Positions 9,579-19,661 of a DNA stretch of 21,373 nt are shown here, in pieces (position 1 is the stretch's first letter; the number at the start of each line of letters is the position of its first letter). Below the pieces are notes generated by a model, which ran no database searches, had not been told where the DNA came from, and saw only the letters and a list, made by a program, of their open reading frames with translations. Origin of the DNA: Octopus sinensis (Eukaryota); the NCBI RefSeq assembly GCF_006345805.1, contig NW_021823794.1, forward strand, positions 1 through 21,373. Direction: 5' to 3'. The translations under genes were made by a program, and so were the position numbers.

Positions 9579-10455
9579 CAGGGTATTTCATTAATATATC
9601 CTCTAATTTCATAAATATATCCTCTGATTTCATAAATAAATCTTCTTATTCCATAAATATATCCTCTTATTTCATAAATATATCCTCTTATTCCATAAAT
9701 ATATCGTGTAATTTCATCAATATATCCTCTTATTTCATAAATATATCGTTTTATTGTGCACATAAAACTATCATGAATAGAAAATCTAGAATTTCAATGA
9801 CACAAGAAAAATTTGAGACAATAAATAGATTTTATCTAGAGAAAACTACAAAAGAACTATCCAATATAACTTTACTACATGAATCCACAATAAATAAAAC
9901 AATCAAAAAAATTCAAAATTGTCAAGACGAAGCTTCATATGTGGAATTGTTTCAGAAGTCTGGACGCAAAAAGGCAAACAAATTAAGCTTGTTTTCTGAA
10001 ATTCGGAATATTCTTGGAAATGACAATTCTTTAACTCAAGTGGGGCTAAAGCAAAAACTTGCCAAAAATATTTCGTTGCCACAGTTATGTCGAGACGTTA
10101 AAGAAGCAGGACTGAAAAGAAAAAGACTTAAGAAAAAATCTAATATATTATTAACAGAAAGTAATATTGACAAAAGAATGACTTTCTCTTTAACAGTATC
10201 TGGATTTAGAACCAGAAACTTGTTATTTCTGGATGAATCCGGATTTAATTTGCATACCTCAACAAATTATGGATATGCAGAAGTAAATCATGATCCAATT
10301 CTATATCAACCTGCATCAAAGGGAAAAAATATATCGTTGTGTTCAATAATATCCATAATGGGAATAGAATTTTCTAAAATAATTGATGGTGCATACAACA
10401 CAATTATTTTTTCTGAGTTTATCAATGAATGTTTTACAAAAGGAATTTTCACTGA
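9579..10455 (+). mobile_element. Tc1/IS630-type (DDE_3) transposon, left end plus 3'-truncated transposase (likely ATG 9773)
   Basis: TA|CAGGGT terminus at 9579. The protein runs MNRKSRISMT...HTH-like...LLFLDESGFNL...GKNISLCSII...GAYN...F..FI and is cut off before the second catalytic Asp (DN motif). Confidence 0.88.
9585..9752. repeat. 21-bp tandem array, 8 units (ATTTCATAAATATATCCTCTT), forming the Tc1 left subterminal region
   Basis: Units start at 9585, 9606, 9627, 9648, 9669, 9690, 9711 and 9732, beginning 6 bp inside the CAGGGT end. Confidence 0.95.
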
Positions 10456-10715
10456 TGATTCAGATAGCCACAAGAAAGGCCGAGCTGGAAGCGCTGACTG
10501 GGCACATTCTGAATGTGAGCAATGGGGTCAAGGGCAAGACTCCCCCCTTGGTGCGTACTTTACTTCGTCGGGAACGAGCTGGAAAATGGGACCTCAACGA
10601 GTTGAGCCGTGTCCGGGCAGAGAGGGAAGAGCTGATTCTAGTTTATCAGAAGAAGCTCTCAACTCATGAGTCTCGGTTTCAGCGCAGGCGGGAGAACAAC
10701 CTGTTTGAGTTAATC
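10455..10715 (+). mobile_element. Fragment of an RLE-type non-LTR retrotransposon (R4/Dong-like region upstream of RT)
   Basis: GC content rises abruptly. The peptide IATRKAELEAL...ELILVYQKKLSTHESRFQRRRENNLFE resembles the R4/Dong K..LR..L..L...KL.A...RLRRY....QNRLF motif as recalled. Confidence 0.55.
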
Positions 10716-10721
10716 ACAGGT

Positions 10722-10765
10722 TGTGGAAGGTCTTTGAGTGCACGGTCTTTGAGTGCATGAGTGCA
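10722..10765 (+). mobile_element. TGT-initiated terminus with 15-bp-period subterminal repeats
   Basis: TGTGGAA followed by GGTCTTTGAGTGCA at 10729-10742 and 10744-10757, then a partial TGAGTGCA. It begins where the R4-like homology stops. Confidence 0.5.
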
Positions 10766-10860
10766 ATATTTTTACTAAGAAAGAATTCCGCATTATTTCT
10801 TAAACAAGAACTCATTTTACCTATTTAATTAATTTTTTTTTAATTATTTTTGCCTGGAGG

Positions 10861-11570
10861 TCAGCTCAACGACGCCGCGCTGCGTATCGAGTGGCAGTTT
10901 CCGCGGAGCACCGCGACCGAGATTCGCTGGAAGAGCCAGCTCGTCTCCCTCCGGTCGTTAGTCTTCCTGGCAATCATCCTGGCAATGTCGGTAAGAAGGC
11001 GAGTCGCAGACCTGCCGACGATTCCGGATGTTTCGAAGGCGAGGGGGACAAACTCGTAAGAGTCCGAAATACTTCCATACTTCGTCCTCTTAGCGTCCTC
11101 AGCCTGAGCACTGGCTGAACCCGGGTTAGTGATTTGTCTTGAGTAACATCGTCGCGGAGAACGAGTCAACACAAGTGGCATCCCAAATCAGGGACTTGCC
11201 TTCCCTGAAAGGGAAGGTAGTCATCCCGTCAGGACGCTTTCCATCACTCCGACAGAGACCGACTGGCTCTAGAGTGGAGGGGAAACCTGCCGACTCTAGT
11301 GCCCTTTTGACGACGTCATTGAGGTGAGTGTGGCGAGGAATTCTGCCAGCACTCTTCTTGCACGATAGGGCGTGCAAACCGTTTGGCGAGATTGTAGACC
11401 CGCACCGGCATGGGTGGGGCTGACAAATGTCCAAGCCCAAGCATAAGCAAACACCAATCCGTAAGGATTCGTCGTCCAGAAGTAGTCCCGTACTAGGGGT
11501 AGGAAGTGCTTTGAGCCAGTCTCCCGTATGTGGCTGGCAAGCGCAGTTTAGAGATGCCAGTTGGGCCTTG
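10861..11570 (-). mobile_element. CRE-clade non-LTR retrotransposon, 5'-truncated (zinc knuckle + restriction-like endonuclease)
   Basis: GDWLKALP...GLLLDDESLRIG, CRCG....GLHALSC...GRIPRH.HLND, LEPVGL.RSDGKRPDG.T..PF..GKSLIWDATCVDS, K..KY....Y.FVPLAFETSG, LFQRISVAVLRGN; stop at 10861-10863; one frameshift near 11125-11180. Confidence 0.92.
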
Positions 11571-11699
11571 GTACCTTGACCGAAGTTTACACAGAGTGCC
11601 TGAGCAAAAGATTTCGTCCCAAAGTGCCTGAGCAAAGGTTATCTAATTCGCGCTTACACTCAAATATTGTCACACATCAGAAAATTTCTCCTCTATTAA

Positions 11700-12310
11700 T
11701 AAAGGCATATCTATCCCCCTTTCGATGTGCAACAACCTGGCCTCTGAGATCCTACTCAAATCTTTCGGATCTTGCCTGGACGGTGCTTTTTCGGATGGGC
11801 TTACTACCTGGGATCGCTCCTTTTCTGAGAGGCCTGAAGATTTATCCTCCCAACGTGCCTGGGACTCTATCGCATGCCGAGCGCGTGTGTCTGAGCTCTC
11901 GGCAACCCTTGACCAACACCGCCTGGCATGGCTTCGTGCGGCATCCGCCCCTCACTCTGGAGGCTGGCTGAATGCTCTTCCTCTTTCCAGCATCGGGACG
12001 TGGCTAGACGATGCTGCCATACGCATCGGAGTGGCTCACTGTCTCGGCCTGGATGTTTGTGCAAAACACCGCTGCAGATGCGGTGAGGACGTTGACGAAA
12101 AGAAACTGCACCCACTTTCCTGCAAGAGGAGCGCAGGCAGGGAACACAGACACAAAGCCCTCAATGAAATCGTGAAGGCCGGTCTCGAATCGGCGGGCCA
12201 TTCGTGCCTCCTCGAACCGGTCGGACTCGATCGGGGAGATGGCAAAAGGCCTGACGGGATGACAATATTCCCGTACTCGTCGGGGAAGGCCCTCGTATGG
12301 GACGTTACCT
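11700..12310 (+). mobile_element. Second CRE-clade fragment, divergent subfamily, truncated at both ends
   Basis: SSQRAWD...SGGWLNALP..SIGTWLDDAAIRIG...CRCG....HPLSC....GREHRH.ALN...LEPVGLDRGDGKRPDG.T..PY..GKALVWDVT, ending abruptly at 12309. Confidence 0.9.
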
Positions 12311-12320
12311 AGAGAAGCTG

Positions 12321-12644
12321 CTAGGAAACTTTTAGGGTCGGCGTCCGCAAATAGCGTGGCATTAATTTTACTTGTCCGATTTTGGAATTAAACTCAATTG
12401 AAGAAAGAATTTCCGTTTTGGGAGACATATTTTCTGGGCTATGACTTGACAAAAAAGAGTCCTCCTCTACTCTATTCCTAACTTGTGTCTTCACGTTCAG
12501 TATTGACTTTGTAGTTTGAAAATTTTCATTGAACGCCCGTGTTATATGAACCCATCCACCCCGAGGTATCCTTCCAAATCTTTTCCTTGCAGAGTGTACC
12601 ACTTCTTTGGCGGATAATATCTTAAAAGCATTAATTAATAACAA
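12321..12644 (-). other. Unassigned coding remnant, possibly Myb/SANT-like helix-turn-helix
   Basis: The pattern W..I...FN..F...KS...VK..VRN loosely resembles Myb/SANT-like or MADF folds; there is an upstream in-frame stop. Confidence 0.25.
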
Positions 12645-13040
12645 ATCTTACAAAACTGATTCATACGGAAAATTTAAGAAATTGTCACTCCGAAACGACT
12701 CCAAAACAAACATAAAAATGACCCAATTTATAAAAGTGTCAGGACCTGCAATATCAAGACATGAGGGTAGATGGCGTAGTTATCCAAAAAGAAGAAATCT
12801 TAATCAGTAGATAAAGTTTTTTAATATTGGAAAATATTGAAATTAACTTATTTTGATGGAAATTAACGTGATATTATTAAATTATCTATGAATATGGTCA
12901 TTCCTATGAATTGTGCATTTCTAAAATAGTACGTGGAAGGAGGAGAGTAATAAAACACACCATCCAACATTAAAACACAACCAAACCTATCAATATATCG
13001 GATTCAGGATCTCCTAATTCCAATTCAGACCTTTGTAGCA

Positions 13041-14110
13041 TTACGTCCCTTCCACACAGATCTGAAAAAAATCATCACCAAGCTGTGAAGAAATGTGCCC
13101 CAAACAAGATCACAGTCCCCAAACAATTCAACATCAAAAGTAAAGTCAGAAAGTGGTTCACGATTAATCAGGATTTGTGGAACTGACCCCCGAACTCTGC
13201 CTAAAGAGTCGCACATAACGAACCAACGGGGGATTGAGGACACCGGATGGACACTGAGAGAGGAGCCAATCACAAGGACGAGGTCACACTTTTCAATGTC
13301 ATGTTCCAGACTCGAATAAAAATGGGATCCAAGCTGTTCCCCAAAAAACACAATTTCAGGTTTCATGACTCCTTCACCACACGATACACATCTAGGAACA
13401 TTCTGTTCGACTATATGGTCCTTGAGTAGTTCAGTCTTCACTCTGTCCCACCAATCATACACACAGAATGGGAAAAGGACCCATGACATTCCACAAGATG
13501 TTCAATTCCGGCCAATCTATCCAGACCGTCAACATTCTGAGTGTAGCAGTTCAATAACTTGCCCTGACATTCCAGTTGTCGTACAAATTTGTGAGTAAGG
13601 CCAGGTTGGGCATCCAACATGAGCAGATCCTGAGATGAAATGGAAAATCTTACACGACATATTTGTAGAATGGACGAGGATTGTTTTGGAAAAATTTCAG
13701 GTCGAAAATGTCGGTAGGAGAAGAGAGTTCGGGGAACTCCTTGCTCAATCGAGCATATAGTCCGTCACTTGATCGGAAGTCCGGAATTCCACAAGAAACG
13801 GAAACCTGTGATGAATACACAAAACAGTGAACCCCTGCACCGCACAGAACCAGAATTGATTTTGACTCTTGAATGATGGATACGACGTCAGCAATGGTGT
13901 TTACATTATCTAGTTTCTTACGACGAATGTTAAGTAAGGAGTAAATGTTAAGTAAGGAAAGTAATCGACGTCGAAACCTGCAAATAGTTATTGCGTAGGT
14001 ACTAGAATCATCATGGTCTTCATCGCTCGAAGACCATTCCTAATGTTTAAAAAGGTATTCAATACAATTCCGATACAGGGTGATTCATTGGGAATATCAC
14101 TAGGAATATA
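13041..14110 (-). CDS. SIRT1: SIRT1/Sir2 class I NAD-dependent deacetylase with short introns and apparent single-base frameshifts; both ends uncertain
   Basis: RKKLDNVNTIADVVSIIQESKSILVLCGAG|VSVSCGIPDFRSSDGLYARL...PRPFYKY, THKF...GKLLNCYTQNVDGL, VECHGSF, VPRCVSC, MKPEIVFFGE, DLVLVIGSSL.V.PV, VPQILINREPL, FDVELFGDCD. Introns are 14040-14065 (26 nt), 13806-13832 (27), 13630-13653/5 (24 or 26) and 13201-13227 (27). Frameshifts lie near 13447 and 13078. Confidence 0.92.
13926..13958. repeat. 18-bp-period tandem duplication inside the SIRT1 coding exon
   Basis: AATGTTAAGTAAGGA at 13926-13940 and 13944-13958; reads in frame as SLLNIY-SLLNIR. Confidence 0.9.
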
Positions 14111-14337
14111 TTTTAATCTATTAATAAATTTGTTTAGGAAATATTTATCAATAAAATTAATATAATTTTATTACTTAAATCAGAGATGTACAATAGGTTC
14201 TTAGTCAACTACGTTCAAAAACCCTGCGGCACCGGACGATCTATCCGAAATTCCTGAGTTAGTCACTGGTTCCGTTTGTAATGCATATTCCCTCACTTCA
14301 GCGGAAGTATCTGCTGCTCTCAGCAGATAATATAATA

Positions 14338-14390
14338 TGTCGCGACCCACGCTGGCGACCATCCCACGCTGGCGACCATCCGACCATCAG
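14338..14390 (+). mobile_element. TGTCGC-initiated terminus with 17-bp tandem subterminal repeats
   Basis: TGTCGCGA, then CCCACGCTGGCGACCAT at 14346-14362 and 14363-14379. Shares the first 6 bp and the repeat period with the 5461 end. Confidence 0.55.
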
Positions 14391-14459
14391 TTGGACAGGT
14401 TATGACCTTCAGTGATGTATTTTTGACATTAGTTGCAACCATCAGTTTGACAGGTGATA

Positions 14460-15215
14460 CAGTCTAACCCCGGTGTGGGGCACCAAAGTGCCCCAAAAAG
14501 CGGGGCTGCCCTTCCAAACAGGGGTCTGGTTCAAACCATTGAATTATAGTTTATTTAACTTAAATTTTGGTTTACTTTGCGAACAAAGAACTCTTTCACA
14601 TTTCTCAAAGTGTTTATATGCGATAATACAATAAGTTGTGCTTTTTTGCTCTATAGTTTGATAGATTTCTATTCTGTTTTTTAATTGATTTTGATTAAAA
14701 TAAATCATTATTTTTAAACATTTTTTTGAAATAATCAGTCAATTTCAAATTTTTCTCATTTCTTAAATCTTTTCCGAGTTGAAATCTAATATTTTTGGAG
14801 TGTCTCGAAAGATGTATTTTGCGCTACATTTTCCAACTCATCCATCATTTCATACGTTTCTAATATCGTTGTTTTGTCCTCTGTCCCAGTTCCATTATAA
14901 AATTTGCGACTTTTGACTAGATCTTCATTTTCTTCAGATATTACTTTGGTTATTATTTCTTCCAGGACTTCTTCCCCGCAATTTTTATCTTCAAAAAATT
15001 CTTCTCTATTTTCCTCATTTTCTTCCAACAATTAATTATTGTTGTTTCTTAACTTCCATCCACGCTTTTCTAACGATATACCATAATCTGTCGCATATCT
15101 ATATTTTCAAAGATTTAGGATTAATTGTTGTATCTTCTTTCAAATCGAACATAAAGTCCATTAAAAGTTTGTGTAATATACTAAAACATTTATTATACCC
15201 ATGTCTAGAGGTTGA
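14460..15215 (-). mobile_element. 3' half of a second pogo/Tigger element with terminal TIR at 14460
   Basis: The minus strand gives IQPLDMGII, VRKAWMEVKK(T)TIINCWKK, an acidic tail and KLTDYFKK. TA|CAGTCTAACC terminus at 14458-14470. Confidence 0.82.
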
Positions 15216-15289
15216 ATCTCCACGATCTAGGCCTACTGACCCTAGCACCAAAAAGCTCGCTAACTCAAAAGCTCGTAGATAATATTATT

Positions 15290-17640
15290 AACAGCGGATA
15301 CCGATGAGCTCGTTTAACACTTCGTTTGGAAGAGAGTGAGTTGACATTTCTACGTCTCCCATTTTTTTACATCTTCGACGATTTTGTTTGCAGATTTCAA
15401 GTCCATTTTTCAGTGCAGTACTGATGCGCATGCAGTCATCCAAAATGTTCTGAGGCCGATTGCTGGCATAGAATTCAACCATAACCCGCTGTTTGGCACA
15501 GTTACAGAGCATAAACAGACGAGTCGATGCAGGTTGAGCCTCTTTGAAAGGTTGTCTGACGTGGATTGGGAGCGTAAATTTTCCCAGGTTTGTTGGAGTG
15601 ATGTTTGGAATGGGAATTTTAATCCTGAATCTTTCCACAGCATACATCCATCTTCAAAAGGCTTTTCCAAAGAAGATTCTGGGGATTTATGTAGAATCTC
15701 CAAAGATAGCCTTTGGATAGATAGTGAGATAACAGGAAAGCCGCGAGGACAAGCTCCAGGGCAGATCTTGAGCCAGCTCCGCCAGAATTAAGTAGTAGTT
15801 CACATTACGTTCACCTATCATCATAGAAATGAATGTTTTAAATAGACTCGGCACACAATTTTAACGTATTATCGACAGATTGCAGTATTTCATTTTGTAT
15901 TCGGCAAGAGAGCATCTTAATAAGCATAATAAGCCGAGGACGTGGATGCAATTGTTGAGGAGGAAAAAGGCCGTGTAGGAGTCAAATGTAGAGAGGCGCT
16001 AAGAAAAACGGGTCATTTAGCTTGGAGGTGGTTTTGCAATCCGGACTCTCCAAAAGAATCATCAAGATGTGTTTGTTTTGTGCCTGCCAAGATTTCCGAA
16101 ATATTCGCTATTACTAAGTCAAAATCTTATGTTGGGATTGAAATTTTTATGATCTCAGTTTTTTGTTGTTGACTTTTAGCCTATTTTTGCCAGGACAGGA
16201 ACAATTTTAGATAACTCATTCATGACCACTATCAACGTCAAAAAATCAATGAACCATCTTACAGAAAGACAGCACATCTTCTTAACAATGGCAAGATCTA
16301 CCGGAGGTGCCCTTGAAGAAGAGTATCTTGCCTATGAGAAATGTGTAGGAAATTTGAAAAAAATCATCCCCCTTTGGACGTTGATTAAGAACTCGAGACA
16401 AGGAAGAGATAAAAGGAGACGCACTAACACCGGGACCACTTAATTAGACGATTACTATTCCTCTTTCCTGTGTTCCTAGGGTTAAATAATAATAATGACC
16501 ACATCAACGGGGCCTCCAATAGTGGCATCGTCGTAGTACCAGCGGTTGAAAGGTGTCTTAACATTACGAACTACCTCGTTGAATTCCTGTCCGGGAATGA
16601 ATTATGTGTTTGTCAAAGACATGCAAAATTTCGAACCCGTAATTAAGATGATCCAGTCTCATGATTTCAGGCGTACACTGCAAGCACAATTACAACATAC
16701 AATTCTTCCTCAGACTATAGAACGCGTTTGAGATATCCAGCTTTACTGCAGAGGTATTCGGGAAATGCCTTATGTCGGTTGAAAAAAACCCTTGTCGATA
16801 GACACAGCGGCTTCATATCCGTTGAGAATCCAACTTCCAATGACCTCGAGATAATTCAGGAGCAACACGGAGACATACTCTTTGGGCTGCAATTTATAGA
16901 CATTACCGAATGCATAGAGCGAACACCGCCATCATTTTTTCGAAAAGCAGTAAAATGTGAATTAAAAAGAAGATCCCTAGCTAAGCTTGGGATCTCAGCA
17001 TTGATGTCGGTTAGACAAGTTTGGTAATAAATTTGATCAGGTAGATTCCAACTTCCATAGTCAATTGAAAAATCATGTTCTTATATGACTCGGCTAGAGA
17101 CTACATTAATTCCCCCACTGTTACTCGGTCTGAAAATCCCTTCCGAGATTTCTTGGTAAGAAATTGACAATGTAGGGAGCACTGTCTCGTGTTGGAAACT
17201 TCCCTATGTCTCAGAGGGCATCGGATGTTTGTTTTTTGAGGTGCTCAAAAGTCTCGGCAGTATATTCAGCAAGTGAATCTCCGGACAAAAAAACCCAAAC
17301 GGCCGCAGGGATGTTGCAATCCGTGAGTTCACGACTGACTTGGGTTTCAAACCACTGACGGGATTTTTCCTTAATACACATCTGGTAATTGTTCGCTTCA
17401 CAATCGTAGTCAATTCGTCGTCAATCCAATCGACTTAATGGCAGTCAAGAGGCTCTACTTTGTACTGAATCTTCAGTTGCTTGTTTAAGCACACAAGGTG
17501 CAAAGGAAAGAAGACGGATCCAAGAAAGATCCTCTCGGAGCTGAGCGCATCAGTCACAAGCAGTTTGCTGCAGAGAACCGAGCCTGTTTAGGGATTCGTA
17601 ATGGTATCTTCTTAGATTTCCATAAGTAGGAAATTTTGAG
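15290..17640 (-). mobile_element. Long degenerate CRE-clade retrotransposon including the RT domain, split by a LINE insertion; endonuclease domain deleted
   Basis: Colinear motifs on the minus strand: RIPKQARFSAANCL, WIRLLSFAP.VL, SGDSLAEY.AET..HLKK, AFRKNDGGVRS, GYEAAV, KLDISNAFYSL, TGIQRG, RWYYDDATIGG, IG.K.N..K.EI, AFFLLNNCI....LLRCS, GGAGSRSA.EL..AAFL, SGLWLNSMP, LDDCMRI. Many true stops. Confidence 0.88.
16238..16494 (+). mobile_element. 257-bp 5'-truncated LINE 3' end (RTE-like) with (TAA)n tail, inserted in the CRE RT
   Basis: Flanks are ATGACCAC-T-ATCAACG (16222-16237) and ATGACCAC-ATCAACG (16495-16509). The insert ends GTTAAATAATAATA. Removing it rejoins the CRE frame GGPVDVV-MNELSKI. 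Confidence 0.8.
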
Positions 17641-17799
17641 GATATACTGCAGCCTCCATTTGGAGCGTATTTCCTCATTGGGGCACATCTATTTGTGGGG
17701 CACCCCCATGTTTTGGGAAAGTTTGAAAATTACGTAATTTTTATACAGTAATTTCCTGAACCTCTTAGTAGGGAACTTGAGCTATTTTTATTGCCAAAA

Positions 17800-18982
17800 A
17801 TGCAAAATCATTGATTCAACCCTTAAATATGGGAAGTATGAAATCGTTCAAATTTATTTATATAATTTGATGAATTTTACCCTATCTTTTGAGGATGATA
17901 AGTTTACAATGCTGAATTTGAAGCAAGTAAATCTCGGACAAATAATCATTATTGTAGGCATGGAAGACATGACAAACATTTATTAATAAAAAGAAACTAA
18001 GTGCATTTTTTGTTCGAAGATCAATCAGATCTTCCTTGGGTTCATGATCATCTGACATAATTTTCAGATTATAAGAAAATGGACTCAGAATCCATTCATT
18101 CAAAATTTTAGATCCGTTCCGAATATCCTTCTAAAGATGTGGAAAATACTTCTAAATGAGACATTCATTCCCTACGAAGAGTAGGATTTATTGAATTGTC
18201 GACCACTTTTGAAGTTGGGAATTCGGGGAGATTGTATATTTCTATTCGCCGACGTCAGAGATAATTTATTTTGAATGCAGCCATTTTAACTATGTTAAAG
18301 ACATCTATTCGGTCATAATCATCATTCAATTCCTTTTGTGGTCATTTATAATTTTTTACAAAACAAAATCTTCTTCAATGCACCATCATGAAAATACCTA
18401 ACTAGTGCAATAAGTTTACCACAATAAAGACATCAGTTTTGATTTGTCCAACTAAAAAGATAAAAAAAGACTTGATTTGATCTCTAATAATTTTTGACAA
18501 AATATCATTGCTTAACTCACATATTCGACTGTGAATCATATTATTGGATAGCGGGATTGATTCAATCTTTTGTCTTAACTCTGTTCCAAGTATTAATGAA
18601 GCATTTCCATGCACATGATTTAATCAATTTTTTCCGACTGTATATGGCTTTTTAGACTTGCGTGTTTATAGGCCAATTTATAAGAGGCAAAAAAATCGGT
18701 TTATCAAAATATACAAATCCTTAGTTAGGAAGAGTCCACTTGCGATGCAAATTATATTGAGTTCCTTGATTTTTAGAAATTCAAAATCATTTTTGCTGCT
18801 ATTAGTTCCACCATGTTTATTTAAAAAGTCCTCTTCCATTTTGGAATGTTTCATATTCTGGTTAGAGAATATAACATCACATAAGAAAAATTTGGGTCTT
18901 TGCAGATTATCGATTTTAGTATATGTAAATCCAAAACGGACATAATCATCATTCTACTTTCTTTTTTTCATATTGGCGTCAT
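17800..18982 (-). mobile_element. hAT Buster/Charlie-type (ZBED5/SCAND3-like) transposase remnant with internal deletion
   Basis: NDDYVRFGF.....RP..F.C..I.SN.NMK.SK, KSKKPYTVG, KIESIPLSNN.I.SRI.ELS.DI, and NEWILSPF....KEDLIDLR. About 1.2 kb, shorter than the ~600-aa proteins of this family. Confidence 0.85.
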
Positions 18983-19389
18983 GCTTTTAATTCTTTAAAA
19001 TGAATGTAATTAACTAATAGTTTATCGAAAAAATAATGTTTAAGTTTTTCAAAGTCATCATATTTATCAAATTTTCAAAGCAAAAAAGTTTTTGAATCAT
19101 TTTTGGTCAAGATTGTAAACTCTGAATCAAATTGAATTAGTAGAAACTAATCGGAAAGAAGACCTTTGATCACCTGGAAACCAACTGGCTGTACCAGAGA
19201 ATATGTAACCAATCTTGCGAGGTAAATCGTTGCTATTCGCGGTGCAGCCACTGGCGAATCCGAATTGTTTTACCCTTCCATACTTTTAAATCAGTTTAAT
19301 ATTAAATTCAAGATACAATTATTAAAAATGAAGTAGAAAATGATGACGAGAATATACGGAGTAAAATTAATCTATTCTTATTTGGAAAC

Positions 19390-19448
19390 AATAACCGCAA
19401 TGATACACTTGAAGAGAACATAATAACCGCAAATCAATAACCGCAACA
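19390..19448 (-). repeat. Three AATAACCGCA repeats ending in ...CCGCAACA (minus strand begins TGTTGCGGTTATT); candidate TGT terminus
   Basis: Copies at 19390-19399, 19422-19431 and 19436-19445; ACA at 19446-19448. Confidence 0.5.
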
Positions 19449-19661
19449 AATCGGAATAGCTGTTGTTTGAAGCAATGCACACTTCATCAAACGTGCAGCT
19501 CGTAAAAATCGTAAATATCCTTGCCGCAAATGAAAACGACATGTGACATATCGCCCATTTTGCTTAGGCCGGTTTGGTCACTAGCTATATTTTATTATTA
19601 TTTTACAAGTATGAAGAAAAAAGTAAGCAATTGTGGCTAAGGGGATTGTCGAGAGCTGAGG

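Noticed and set aside
9515-9772. N-terminal FINISS-repeat extension of the 384-aa ORF, and the antisense IYEIRGY ORF
   Set aside because: Translation of the transposon's subterminal array; the ORF starts only 2 bp after the STX18 stop, and the likely start is ATG 9773.
10861-12310. Twin-priming inversion of a single CRE insertion
   Set aside because: The two pieces cover the same protein region and are clearly divergent in sequence, so they are separate insertions.
14074-14090. TA|CAGGGTGATTCA mariner-like terminus
   Set aside because: It falls in an open minus-strand frame directly upstream of a clean 26-nt SIRT1 intron, so it is more simply exon sequence; no partner end or transposase.
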